Shown in pieces: positions 10,350-20,092 of a DNA stretch of 64,000 bases. The notes below the pieces were generated by a model. That model worked only from the letters and a program-made list of their open reading frames with translations, had not been told where the DNA came from and did no database searches. This DNA comes from Lachnospiraceae bacterium (GTDB lineage: Bacteria > Bacillota > Clostridia > Lachnospirales > Lachnospiraceae), in contig JAFYBE010000091.1 of NCBI GenBank assembly GCA_017540355.1, positions 274 to 64,273 on the forward strand, in the 5' to 3' direction. Position 1 is the first letter of the stretch; the number at the start of each line of letters is the position of its first letter. The translations under genes and the position numbers were made by a program.

Positions 10350-11855
10350 GTGATTTGCGTTAAGATTAACGAAGAAAGCTATTCATACGATATACATTCA
10401 TTGATAAAGGCATTCTATCCGGCAGAGGATATTAAGGTAGTGCTTAATGATGAAGATTTAAACTCCGACAGTAACATGCCGGAGTTTTACGTGTATGCGG
10501 GAATGGATAAGATAAAGACAGGCATAGACTCAGACGGTACTGAGGGGCTTGTTAAAGAAGTCGCCGTCTCTGATTCGCTTTCAAAAGACAGAGCGGCGTA
10601 TAAGAGCGAACTTAAGCGAAGTTTATACAGAGCATTGTCAGAATATACGGGACAGGAGCTTCCGTGGGGAACGCTTACGGGTATAAGGCCCACGAAGCTT
10701 GCAATGACATGCCTTGATGAGGGCATGAGTGAGGACGCCGCAGTCGGATATATGAAAGACTTTTATCTCTGTTCCGATACAAAGGCGAAGCTCGCTACGG
10801 ATATTGCGACAAGGGAAAGACAGATAATAAAGAATATAGGTGCGGATGAAAAGGGTTACAGCCTTTATATCGGCATTCCTTTCTGTCCGAGTACGTGCCT
10901 TTACTGTTCGTTCATGTCATATCCGATTGCCGCACACAGAGGGGCGGTCGACAGCTATATAGATGCTGTAAAAAAGGAATTGGATTTTGTTGCCGGTTCC
11001 TTTGCGGGAAGAAGACTTGACAGCGTATACATAGGCGGAGGAACGCCTACGACATTAAGTTCCGAAAGGCTTAAAGATCTTATCGGTTATGTACATGAGA
11101 AGATAGATTTAAGCAATATAAAGGAATTCACCGTTGAGGCGGGAAGAGCAGACTCTATTGACAGAGAGAAGCTTACGGTGCTTAGACAGATGGGGGTAGA
11201 CAGGATATCCGTCAATCCACAGACATTCAATGAGGATACGCTTAAGCTTATCGGAAGAAAGGCTACGGCGGCTGAGACTATAGAGGCTTTTTATCTTGCC
11301 AGGGAAGTGGGATTTGACAATATCAATATGGATATAATCCTGGGACTTCCGGGTGAGAATATAGATGACATTAAGTATACACTTGATAAGATTGAGGAAC
11401 TTAAGCCGAATGATCTTACCGTCCATTCTCTTGCGGTTAAAAGAGGCAGCAAGCTGGCGGAGCTTTTGCTTGAGAATAAGAAGATAGGTGACAGTAATGT
11501 CATGTTACGAAATGACGGTATAGATTATGAGGAAGCCATGAGACTTACCGAGCAGACGGCGGCACGCATCGGCCTTTCCCCATATTACCTGTACAGACAG
11601 AAGAACATCAGGGGTAATCTTGAGAATACCGGATATGCTGAAGACGGCAAGGCGGGAATATACAATATTCTTATGATGGAAGAAGTGCAGGATATCGTTG
11701 CGTGCGGTGCCGGAACGGTCTCTAAACGCGTGTATGTACAGGACGATAACAGCGTACGTATAGAGCGCTGCGATACACATAAGGATCTAAAGTTATATCT
11801 GGAAAATACGGAACAGATGATTGACCGTAAAAGGAAGCTTTACGGGATTGATTAA
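10350..11855 (+). CDS. hemZ: Radical SAM protein of the HemZ family
   Basis: LPWGTLTGIRPTK; YIGIPFCPSTCLYCSF (CxxxCxxC); YIGGGTPT; PYYLYRQK; rel-MBL-hemZ synteny. Confidence 0.92.
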   Translation: MICVKINEESYSYDIHSLIKAFYPAEDIKVVLNDEDLNSDSNMPEFYVYAGMDKIKTGIDSDGTEGLVKEVAVSDSLSKDRAAYKSELKRSLYRALSEYTGQELPWGTLTGIRPTKLAMTCLDEGMSEDAAVGYMKDFYLCSDTKAKLATDIATRERQIIKNIGADEKGYSLYIGIPFCPSTCLYCSFMSYPIAAHRGAVDSYIDAVKKELDFVAGSFAGRRLDSVYIGGGTPTTLSSERLKDLIGYVHEKIDLSNIKEFTVEAGRADSIDREKLTVLRQMGVDRISVNPQTFNEDTLKLIGRKATAAETIEAFYLAREVGFDNINMDIILGLPGENIDDIKYTLDKIEELKPNDLTVHSLAVKRGSKLAELLLENKKIGDSNVMLRNDGIDYEEAMRLTEQTAARIGLSPYYLYRQKNIRGNLENTGYAEDGKAGIYNILMMEEVQDIVACGAGTVSKRVYVQDDNSVRIERCDTHKDLKLYLENTEQMIDRKRKLYGID

Positions 11856-12025
11856 ATCTGATGTCGGACGACGGCGTATTCATCGCCGTTTTTGAAAAAC
11901 GGACAATCCTTGGTCCCGCCTGATATGAAACGAAAGTAATCATCTTCGTCCATATCAACGGAGCAGTACCATTCCTCGTCCGTTTCATCATATTCGTTAT
12001 AGGCACATTCGTCACACAAAGCCAT
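11852..12025 (-). CDS. 57-aa Cys/acidic small protein (DUF6472-like), absent from the ORF track
   Basis: Hand translation: MALCDECAYNEYDETDEEWYCSVDMDEDDYFRFISGGTKDCPFFKNGDEYAVVRHQI*. The ATG overlaps the GGDEF gene stop (TAATG). Confidence 0.8.
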   Translation of the reverse strand: MALCDECAYNEYDETDEEWYCSVDMDEDDYFRFISGGTKDCPFFKNGDEYAVVRHQI

Positions 12026-13203
12026 TATACCACCACTCCGGGATACAGATTGTTCTCTTCAAGTTCTTTTAAGACAGGGGATTCATATCCGTACTTGACC
12101 GCTGTCATTATCTTGTCGAAGGAATCCAGCAATTCGTTGATATCACACTCTTTGAGATTGAAATTATTGCTTCCGATTGAAACGGAGATTGAATAAGGCT
12201 TGTCTGAAGTGCGGTTGTATTCCTCTATGGCATTCATAACCGCAAGTCTGCAATCCGAAAGAACATCATCCGAAAATGAATCAAGCAATATAAAGAATCT
12301 GTCGCCGACAATACGGATAACGGCTGCAGAAGATCTGACGGTATCGGTTAAGATGTCCGCAAATTCGATAAGTACCTCATCTCCTTCGGAATGACCGTAC
12401 TTCTCATTGATCTGCTTAAAGCCGTCTATATCAAGCATAAGAGCTGAGAAGTTACCCGAATGGCTCTTACGTAAAGTTGCCTTAACGGAATCAAGATATG
12501 CGCGGTTAAATACACCGGTAAGATTGTCGGTGATAATACCCTCGTTCTTAAGGCTGACAACTATGCTGCATACGGATATTCCGACACAGGGCCATAAAAG
12601 CGATACTCCGTAAGAGAACGACTGAATAAGCGATCCTACGGCAAGAGGAACAATGAATACCCACATGGGATAGTACTGTCTTGCCCTTCCTTTGCGAACG
12701 GCGTTGAAATATATAACGAGACCGTCACAGATCAAAAGAACCTCAGCAAACGCATATACCCAGTAGAAGGCATGTCTGCAATATACGTTATTGTCATCGA
12801 CACTGAAAACTATCGGAACAATAAGATTGATGAAAAGCAACAGTGCTTCGAATGTACACAATATATATATGAGGTTGATATGCAGCTTGGATATACGTTC
12901 GTTTATGTAATTATATACGATTGTAACAAAGCTGGGACCTACGATGATGTTAAGCAGATAAAGTATGAAATTACCCGCATATACGATGAAATAGTTAAAT
13001 TCGCCCGGCTTGCCGTCCGCATGGAATACGATCGGATCAAGTATGCAGCCTGTCATTGCCGACAGTATCATAATAAGCAAAATAGTACTGGTCAGCTTGT
13101 GCGAATGGATCTTCCAGCCCTTACAGATAAGCAAAACCAGCATCATAAGGCAGCCGAGCAGATTGGTTGTATATATGGAAGTTAAATCGATTGTGGAACT
13201 CAA
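12025..13203 (-). CDS. Membrane GGDEF-domain protein with degenerate active site
   Basis: About 7 TMs, then DNLTGVFNR and LDIDGFKQINEKYGHSEGD. The signature position reads RIVGDRF. Confidence 0.85.
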   Translation of the reverse strand: MSSTIDLTSIYTTNLLGCLMMLVLLICKGWKIHSHKLTSTILLIMILSAMTGCILDPIVFHADGKPGEFNYFIVYAGNFILYLLNIIVGPSFVTIVYNYINERISKLHINLIYILCTFEALLLFINLIVPIVFSVDDNNVYCRHAFYWVYAFAEVLLICDGLVIYFNAVRKGRARQYYPMWVFIVPLAVGSLIQSFSYGVSLLWPCVGISVCSIVVSLKNEGIITDNLTGVFNRAYLDSVKATLRKSHSGNFSALMLDIDGFKQINEKYGHSEGDEVLIEFADILTDTVRSSAAVIRIVGDRFFILLDSFSDDVLSDCRLAVMNAIEEYNRTSDKPYSISVSIGSNNFNLKECDINELLDSFDKIMTAVKYGYESPVLKELEENNLYPGVVV

Positions 13204-13350
13204 AGAAAATACCCCCTGTTAATATCCCTGTATTGTCTTTGTTACATACTTAATTATCTATTATATATCATTATGCTTTCAATATCCAGTTTTTGTTGTT
13301 TTTATGTATGATATACGACCTTTATACGCTGTTTGTAAACAGCCTCAGAC

Positions 13351-13379
13351 TTGTGTATAGAGGTAAGAAGGAGTATAAT
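13351..13379 (+). promoter_or_regulatory. SigA-type promoter for the 13415-19027 cluster
   Basis: TTGTGT-17 nt-TATAAT; palindrome GCTGTTT-GT-AAACAGC just upstream (13328-13343). Confidence 0.55.
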
Positions 13380-13414
13380 TTGCAAGACAGAATTTTGCAT
13401 GGGAAAAGAGATTT

Positions 13415-14344
13415 ATGACACTTTCAGACTATTTTTCACATTATCTTGTGGCATCAAAGATACTTAAGTTTTTGGGGCTTGCACTTGTGTGCACGATGGT
13501 ATCGGTCATCATCATTATCATCAGCGCCAAAAGCTATGCAAAGGGACGCAGTAAAACAGCCAGACAGAGAGCGTTTGCGGCAAGGGCCTATAATCTGACC
13601 GAGAGATATTATGAGATGATATTTTCGGCCACGTCGATTCTTTCGTTTTTATCTGCATATTACATAATAGAGCGTTTTGTAACGGAGGGCGCTTTCCATG
13701 ACTTCTGGGCGGAGCATTCGGACATGCTTTTGCTGGTGATGATTATATTGTCATGTGTGATCAATTCGGCCTTTGACAGGGTGTACGTGCCGCTTCGCAA
13801 TGTCACGACACAGCAGAAAGGTTCGGTCAGGCTGATAGGCATGTTATATATAATACTGATCTTTATGTATATAAAGTTCATATACGAGAATAATAATTAC
13901 GATGGTTTTATCATATATTTCCTGGGTCTTATGGTCGGAAGATACGCATATTTCGATTCGTCCTTTAAAGACTTTGTTACAACCATCAAAAACGCATCTC
14001 ACAATATACCGCTTTTGCTCCTTGGACTTGCGAATACCGCAATTATGTGTCTGTACGGCTTTTCGACCAAGTATCTGTTAAGATCAAACGGAGTATTGGT
14101 GAGTACGTTTTTTGCACATTTATTCCTGGTGATCGCGATTTTTATCGTATACCATACACGCTTTATTCGCCTGTTCGTTAAGGTTAAGGAAAAGAAAGGT
14201 TCAAGGCGTATTGAGGAATATGAAGAGTATGATGAGCCGGAAGAGGAATATTACGATGAAGACGGCGGGTATATAGAAGACTATTCGGAGTATGACAACG
14301 ACGAAGAGTATTATGATGATTATGAAGGAGGGTACGATGAGTGA
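13415..14344 (+). CDS. Hypothetical polytopic membrane protein with acidic Tyr-rich tail
   Basis: 309-aa ORF with about 7 hydrophobic segments and a C-terminal E/D/Y low-complexity tail. Confidence 0.8.
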   Translation: MTLSDYFSHYLVASKILKFLGLALVCTMVSVIIIIISAKSYAKGRSKTARQRAFAARAYNLTERYYEMIFSATSILSFLSAYYIIERFVTEGAFHDFWAEHSDMLLLVMIILSCVINSAFDRVYVPLRNVTTQQKGSVRLIGMLYIILIFMYIKFIYENNNYDGFIIYFLGLMVGRYAYFDSSFKDFVTTIKNASHNIPLLLLGLANTAIMCLYGFSTKYLLRSNGVLVSTFFAHLFLVIAIFIVYHTRFIRLFVKVKEKKGSRRIEEYEEYDEPEEEYYDEDGGYIEDYSEYDNDEEYYDDYEGGYDE

Positions 14345-15632
14345 GGTAACCAATTTCAAGTGTCCCGGTTGCGGAGCGGAACTGAATTTCAGCGGTAAGA
14401 CGGGTGAGATGACCTGTGAGTACTGCGGAGCCAGCTTTGATATGGAGATGGTCAAAGCGGCAGAAGAAGCGGAGAAAGAAAACGGCAGCGGTTCGTCTCT
14501 TTCGTGGGAGCATGTAACTCAGGGAATGCTTACGGATGAATCGGGCAAGATAAGAGGATATGTATGTCCTTCATGTAATGCCGAGATGGTGGCTACCGAA
14601 CTTACGGCGGCAACGGAATGTCCGTACTGCGGCAATCAGGCCATTGTTGAACAGGCCTTTGAAGGCGTATATAAGCCGGACCTTGTTGTTCCTTTTGCCG
14701 TGGATAAGGAGACTGCCAAGAGTAAGCTTAAAGAGTTTATTAAAGGTAAGAAACTTCTGCCGGCCAATTTTGCAAACGGTAACAGAATAGACAATATAAC
14801 GGGACTGTATGTTCCGTTCTGGCTTTTCAGCTGTCATGCAGACGGATTTGTGAATTTCGATGCCTATAAAGAGAAGAAATGGTCGGATGCAAAGGCAGAC
14901 TATGTAAAAAAGGATTACTATAACTTAAAAAGAAGCGGCGAGATGGATTTTGTCCGTATTCCGGTTGATGCGGCAACACAGATAGATGATGCAACGATGG
15001 AATCACTTGAGCCCTATGATACAACAAAGGCCGTTGCATATGATGCTGCGTATTTTGCCGGATACCTTGCCGATAAATACGATGTAACAAGCAAAGACAG
15101 CGAGCCCCGTGCAAATACGAGGGTACAGAACACGTTCAGGGATAAGATGCGAGAAGCCGTTAAGGACTACGACGGTGTGACACAGAAGGCGGAGAGTATC
15201 AATCTTTCCAACGGAAAGTCTGAGTATGCAATGCTTCCCGTCTGGATGATGTCCGGTTCTTTTGAAGGGAAGACGTATCAGTTTGCCGTTAACGGTCAGT
15301 CCGGTAAGATGGTCGGCGCATTGCCCGTAGATAAAGGCAAATACTGGCTTCAGGTTGCGCTCGGCACGCTTGTGTCATTTGCAATACTTGCGGGACTTGT
15401 AATAGCGTTTGGAAGTCACGATATTACGTCAAAAGGAATAGCAGCTTCTTTGATAGTCGGAGTGATAATAGGATTTATCAGAGGCGCAATCCTAAAGGGC
15501 TCGATGAATACGGTAACAAAGAAAGATAAAGCAGTTCATTATATTGTGGAGTCATCCCTTAAGATGAAGACTCCGATTGATCGTTTCCTTTATTCCAAAA
15601 CGGAGCGCAAGGAGAAAAATAATAATGCGTAA
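14337..15632 (+). CDS. Double Zn-ribbon membrane protein (YdjG-like)
   Basis: CPGC..CEYC and CPSC..CPYC pairs; YVPFWLF, LPVW, VNGQSGK motifs; two C-terminal TMs. GGAGG RBS before ATG 14337. Confidence 0.8.
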   Translation: MSEVTNFKCPGCGAELNFSGKTGEMTCEYCGASFDMEMVKAAEEAEKENGSGSSLSWEHVTQGMLTDESGKIRGYVCPSCNAEMVATELTAATECPYCGNQAIVEQAFEGVYKPDLVVPFAVDKETAKSKLKEFIKGKKLLPANFANGNRIDNITGLYVPFWLFSCHADGFVNFDAYKEKKWSDAKADYVKKDYYNLKRSGEMDFVRIPVDAATQIDDATMESLEPYDTTKAVAYDAAYFAGYLADKYDVTSKDSEPRANTRVQNTFRDKMREAVKDYDGVTQKAESINLSNGKSEYAMLPVWMMSGSFEGKTYQFAVNGQSGKMVGALPVDKGKYWLQVALGTLVSFAILAGLVIAFGSHDITSKGIAASLIVGVIIGFIRGAILKGSMNTVTKKDKAVHYIVESSLKMKTPIDRFLYSKTERKEKNNNA

Positions 15633-16281
15633 ATTATCGATATTGCTTGCGATTATCTGCATAACGCTTGCGGCATGCGGAAAGACGGATAAAGAACCCG
15701 CTGAGCATATAGAACTCGTAGAGCCTGTAATGCTTGAGACAACCGAGGCTGAGACGGTATCCGAAGAGGAAAGTACGCAAGAGTCTTTGATGCCGACCGA
15801 GGCGGTAACTGAAGAAGAGACCGTATCTTTGGAAGAATCCGAAAGCGAAGCGGTATCGGAGACGGAAGCAGTATCTGAGGGTGAAGAGGCTGCATCGGAG
15901 TCGGCCGGCGATACGGCACAGACAGGTGTAAGTGTCAGAGTGGACGGAACTTACACATCCGCTGCGGATGTTGCGGCTTATCTTAATGAATTCGGCAGAC
16001 TGCCCGGGAATTTCATTACAAAGAAGCAGGCCGAGAAGTTAGGATGGGAAGGCGGTTCGCTTGAACCCTATGCTCCGGGTAAGTGTATAGGCGGAGATTA
16101 CTTCGGTAACTATGAAGGCCTGTTGCCCGAAAAGGAAGGGAGAGAGTATAGGGAATGCGATATAGACACTTTGGGTAAAAGAAAGCGCGGAGCAAAGAGA
16201 ATAATATATTCCAATGACGGACTGATATATTATACGAGCGATCATTACGCAACATTTACCCTGCTTTACGGCGAAGAATGA
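15625..16281 (+). CDS. Barnase-like guanyl-specific ribonuclease, lipoprotein
   Basis: Lipobox LAAC; Glu/Ser/Thr linker; LPGNFITK, IGGDYFGNYEGLLP, YRECDI, RGAKRIIYSNDGLIYYTSDHY. Confidence 0.9.
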   Translation: MRKLSILLAIICITLAACGKTDKEPAEHIELVEPVMLETTEAETVSEEESTQESLMPTEAVTEEETVSLEESESEAVSETEAVSEGEEAASESAGDTAQTGVSVRVDGTYTSAADVAAYLNEFGRLPGNFITKKQAEKLGWEGGSLEPYAPGKCIGGDYFGNYEGLLPEKEGREYRECDIDTLGKRKRGAKRIIYSNDGLIYYTSDHYATFTLLYGEE

Positions 16282-16300
16282 TAATTACGCGGGAGAGAAT

Positions 16301-16582
16301 ATGAACGACGAATTTCAGTATAAGATAGATCTGGCAAGAATATATTCGGTGGATGAGTTCCAGGATGTGTTAAGAGAGGCTCTGCCTCTGCCAGAATATT
16401 ACGGAGGCACCCTGGATGCATTGTATGACGTATTCACGGATCAGGGAAGGAAATGGAGCATATATTTTACCGGCTGTGCCGAAGCAGAGGCCATTTTGGG
16501 AAAGTATATGAGAAATTTTAAAAAGATGTGTGAGAGAGCAACTAAAGAAGCTCCAGATATGATTATAGTGTTTGAAGATTAA
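16301..16582 (+). CDS. Barstar family RNase inhibitor
   Basis: LPEYYGGTLDALYDVFT matches the barstar motif (LPEYYGENLDALWDCLT); directly downstream of the RNase. Confidence 0.9.
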   Translation: MNDEFQYKIDLARIYSVDEFQDVLREALPLPEYYGGTLDALYDVFTDQGRKWSIYFTGCAEAEAILGKYMRNFKKMCERATKEAPDMIIVFED

Positions 16583-16603
16583 CAGAGTGTAAGGAGTGAT
16601 AAG

Positions 16604-19027
16604 ATGGCAGACAGACCGCTTAGCAGAAAGAAAAATGTGACCGAAGGAGGAGCCGGCGTTCATATGAGAGGTGAAGGCCTTGGAACGGGTCCCGTCGGTA
16701 CAGGCGGATACAGTTCGGGAAGTACGGGTTCCGGCGGCGGAAATGTGACAAGGGGCGGCGGAAGAAGTCCGCTTATGCTCATAATAATCGCGGCTGTGAT
16801 ACTTCTCGGCGGCGGTGGCGGTATCGGCGCTTTATTAGGAGGTGGCGGAACTGACACTTATCAGGATCCCGGATATTCGGTTCAGAGCAACCAGACAACG
16901 ACTTCTACCGGCGGCGGAAGCTCGCTTTTGGGTTCTTTATTGGGCGGAGGATCCGTATATACGGGTAACGCTTCTTCCGCATGGAGCGGCAAGGCCAATA
17001 CGGGCGTGCTTGATACATCGGTTGCAGAGGGTGCAAGAGAAAAGCGTACTATCATTAAGGGTAACGGCGATGATGAAGTGACCATAATGATATATATGTG
17101 CGGTACCGATCTTGAGAGCAGATCCGCGATGGCATCGAAAGATTTGCAGGAGATGCTTGCGGCCAATGTCGGAGACAATATAAATCTCATCATATATACC
17201 GGCGGATGTAAAAAATGGCAGAACAATGTTATAAGCAGTTCCGTCAATCAGATATATCAGGTGAAGGGCGGAAAACTCTTATGCCTTGAAGACAATCTGG
17301 GCCAGGCGGCAATGACCGCACCCGATACACTTACGGGATTTATTAAGTACGCGGCAGGCAAATTCCCGGCGGACAGATATGAACTTATCATGTGGGATCA
17401 CGGCGGCGGTTCTACCGGCGGTTACGGATATGACGAGAAGTATGCATCTTCGGGTTCGATGTCATTGTCGGGCATCAACAAGGCATTGAAGGCAAGCGGC
17501 GTTACATTCGACTTCGTGGGATTTGACGCTTGTCTTATGGCTACCGTGGAGACTGCACTTGTGGTATCCAACTACAGCGATTATATGATTGCTTCCGAGG
17601 AGACTGAGCCCGGTATAGGATGGTACTATACGGACTGGTTAAGCAAGCTTAATGCCGATACCTCTATGCCTACAACCGAGATAGGCAAGAATATCATAGA
17701 TACATTCACGGATGCATGCGCAAGGAGTGCACAGGGACAGAAGACCACACTTTCACTTATAGATCTTGCCGAGCTTGAGGCGACCGTACCTTCGGAACTT
17801 GCGGCATTCTCAAAAGATACGTCGGATATGATACAGAATAAGGAATATGCGACAGTATCAAGTGCAAGAGGCAATACAAGAGAATTTGCGACTTCTTCAA
17901 AGATAGATCAGGTTGACCTTATAGACTTCGCTCAGAGGATGGGTACTGATGAAGGTAAGGCTTTGGCTGAAGCATTACTCGGATGTGTAAAATACAACAA
18001 GACCGGCAGCAGTATGACCAACGCATACGGTCTTTCAATATACTTCCCTTATAAGAAGGCATCCAAGGTTGATTCCATGGTGGATACATATGAAGCCATT
18101 GGTATGGATGAAGAGTATTCGAAGTGTATTCAGAGTTTTGCATCCCTCGGTGTAGCGGGTCAGGTGGCAGCAGGCGGCACATCGGCTCCAACGGGATCTC
18201 TGTTCGGAGATATGACGGGATCGGGCAGCAGTTCGCTTGATTCGGCAGCAATGATAGGACAGCTGCTTACATCATTCATGGGAAGCGATTTCAGTTCCAT
18301 ATCCGGACTTTCGGCAGCCAATACGGCATTCTTAGGCAGAAGCCTCGATATAGATGCCGCATCGGAATACATTGCATCAAATCACTTTGATGAGAATTCG
18401 ATAATATGGACAGCCAATGAATACGGCGATACCGTTATTACATTAAGCGATGAGCAGTGGGCTCTTGTAAGAGATCTTGAGCTCAATGCCTTTTATGATG
18501 ACGGAACGGGATATATAGATCTCGGTCTTGATAATGTATTTGAGTATGATGAAGAGGGTAATCTTTTGGCTCCTACGGACAGAACATGGTTGTCGATAGA
18601 GGGCCAGCCCGTGGCATATTATCATCTTGATACCCAGGGTGATGAGAATGATTATATTATCTCGGGACGCGTACCCTGTGAACTTAACGGTGTAAGATGC
18701 AATCTTATAATAGTGTTTACGGATGAGAATGAGAACGGATATATTGCCGGTGCATGTTTTGACTATGTAGAGGGAGAGACCGATACGATAGCCAAGAATC
18801 TGACGGAAATTGAAAAGGGAGATGAGATAGATTTCATCTGCGACCATTACAGCTATGACAAGGCTTATGATGACAGCTATTATCTCGGAGAGACTATGAC
18901 CGTAGAGAAGGATATGAAGGATATGTTAATAAGCAATACGGATGTCGGTTCGGGAACCGCACTTATGACATATTGCTTCACGGATCTGTACGGACAGAAG
19001 TATTGGACATCACCACTTAAGTACTAA
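16604..19027 (+). CDS. Clostripain-related cysteine peptidase (C11), membrane anchored
   Basis: TIMIYMCGTDLES; catalytic His in WDHGGG and Cys in FDACLMA; ASEETEPG; GLSIYFP. Gly-rich N-terminus with one TM. Confidence 0.88.
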   Translation: MADRPLSRKKNVTEGGAGVHMRGEGLGTGPVGTGGYSSGSTGSGGGNVTRGGGRSPLMLIIIAAVILLGGGGGIGALLGGGGTDTYQDPGYSVQSNQTTTSTGGGSSLLGSLLGGGSVYTGNASSAWSGKANTGVLDTSVAEGAREKRTIIKGNGDDEVTIMIYMCGTDLESRSAMASKDLQEMLAANVGDNINLIIYTGGCKKWQNNVISSSVNQIYQVKGGKLLCLEDNLGQAAMTAPDTLTGFIKYAAGKFPADRYELIMWDHGGGSTGGYGYDEKYASSGSMSLSGINKALKASGVTFDFVGFDACLMATVETALVVSNYSDYMIASEETEPGIGWYYTDWLSKLNADTSMPTTEIGKNIIDTFTDACARSAQGQKTTLSLIDLAELEATVPSELAAFSKDTSDMIQNKEYATVSSARGNTREFATSSKIDQVDLIDFAQRMGTDEGKALAEALLGCVKYNKTGSSMTNAYGLSIYFPYKKASKVDSMVDTYEAIGMDEEYSKCIQSFASLGVAGQVAAGGTSAPTGSLFGDMTGSGSSSLDSAAMIGQLLTSFMGSDFSSISGLSAANTAFLGRSLDIDAASEYIASNHFDENSIIWTANEYGDTVITLSDEQWALVRDLELNAFYDDGTGYIDLGLDNVFEYDEEGNLLAPTDRTWLSIEGQPVAYYHLDTQGDENDYIISGRVPCELNGVRCNLIIVFTDENENGYIAGACFDYVEGETDTIAKNLTEIEKGDEIDFICDHYSYDKAYDDSYYLGETMTVEKDMKDMLISNTDVGSGTALMTYCFTDLYGQKYWTSPLKY

Positions 19028-19045
19028 AAAGGCTGCATTTGGGAA

Positions 19046-19894
19046 TCAGAGTTCTTTGGGAGAAATACCGAATTCTTTTTTGAAGGCACGATAAAAGCTT
19101 GAATAATCATCAAAGCCGTAAGTGCCGTAAACATGAGATATAGGCTCACCTGCTGCGATTGCATCGCGGCAGAGTTTGAGCCTTTCTTTAGTTATGTATC
19201 TGTGCAGAGGAACATCCGTATTATCCTTGAATATATGAGAAATATAGGATTTGCTTAAAGAGAAATGTTCCGCAATATTTTCAAGCGATAAGTCTTCGCC
19301 TATATTCCGGTCTATATATTTGCATATACTGCCGTAAAGATCGTCTTTGTTAAGCTTCTGCTTCTCACACTGTTCGTGTGATGTGCGACTTATTGTAAGA
19401 ATGAGTTGTGCAATGTCAAGTGCCAGACGGCTGGAACGACCGAAATGATAGGACTTCATCTCTTCGAGGATGCCGAAAAGCATATTCTCAATGTTCTTAA
19501 AGGTTATTCTGTCGGCGTGAATGACATAGCTGTCATTGGCTATTGCCGTATCCACGGCATATCCGAAATCTCTGCTTAGGGATATCAGTCTGTTATAGGA
19601 CGGTATGCTTATCCATAAATCGAATCTCCTGTAAGGGACATTGTAGTCTTTGATAAATGCACCGTGAGATACATTGGGGGGAATGATAACGATATCGCCG
19701 TAACTTAATGCATACTGCTGCTGACCTACGGTTATCTCGGCATGTCCTTCGACAAAGAAATAGAACTCATAGTATGAATGCATATGCAGCCCCGTCCTCT
19801 TAACAGGCTTAAGATCCTGATAATAGTAGAGCTCAAAATCCGAGGATTGCATATATTGTCTGTCATCGTAACTTGTAAAATAATCTGCATTCAT
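19046..19894 (-). CDS. AraC family transcriptional regulator (cupin plus HTH)
   Basis: LHMHSYYEF cupin; C-terminal LSKSYISHIFK and GFDDYSSFYRAFKKEFGISP. Divergent from eda. Confidence 0.92.
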   Translation of the reverse strand: MNADYFTSYDDRQYMQSSDFELYYYQDLKPVKRTGLHMHSYYEFYFFVEGHAEITVGQQQYALSYGDIVIIPPNVSHGAFIKDYNVPYRRFDLWISIPSYNRLISLSRDFGYAVDTAIANDSYVIHADRITFKNIENMLFGILEEMKSYHFGRSSRLALDIAQLILTISRTSHEQCEKQKLNKDDLYGSICKYIDRNIGEDLSLENIAEHFSLSKSYISHIFKDNTDVPLHRYITKERLKLCRDAIAAGEPISHVYGTYGFDDYSSFYRAFKKEFGISPKEL

Positions 19895-20092
19895 GTTTAT
19901 ATTCTACGTAAAAATACGAGAAACTGCAACATAAAAGGGCCGGACACAGTTTGCACTTTTGCGAACACATTGTAAAACTTGTGCTGCTTGTTGAATCTGT
20001 TGCGTTAAAAACATGTGTATATGGTCTTTTTGTTATAAAAGATGTAGTATGGAACATAGGAAAACTATAAAGTACAATACGTTGCGGAGGTA

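Noticed and set aside
11722-12015. 97-aa minus-strand ORF from the track
   Set aside because: Wrong frame. The 57-aa ORF at 11852-12025 is coupled to the upstream stop and ends cleanly at the hemZ stop.
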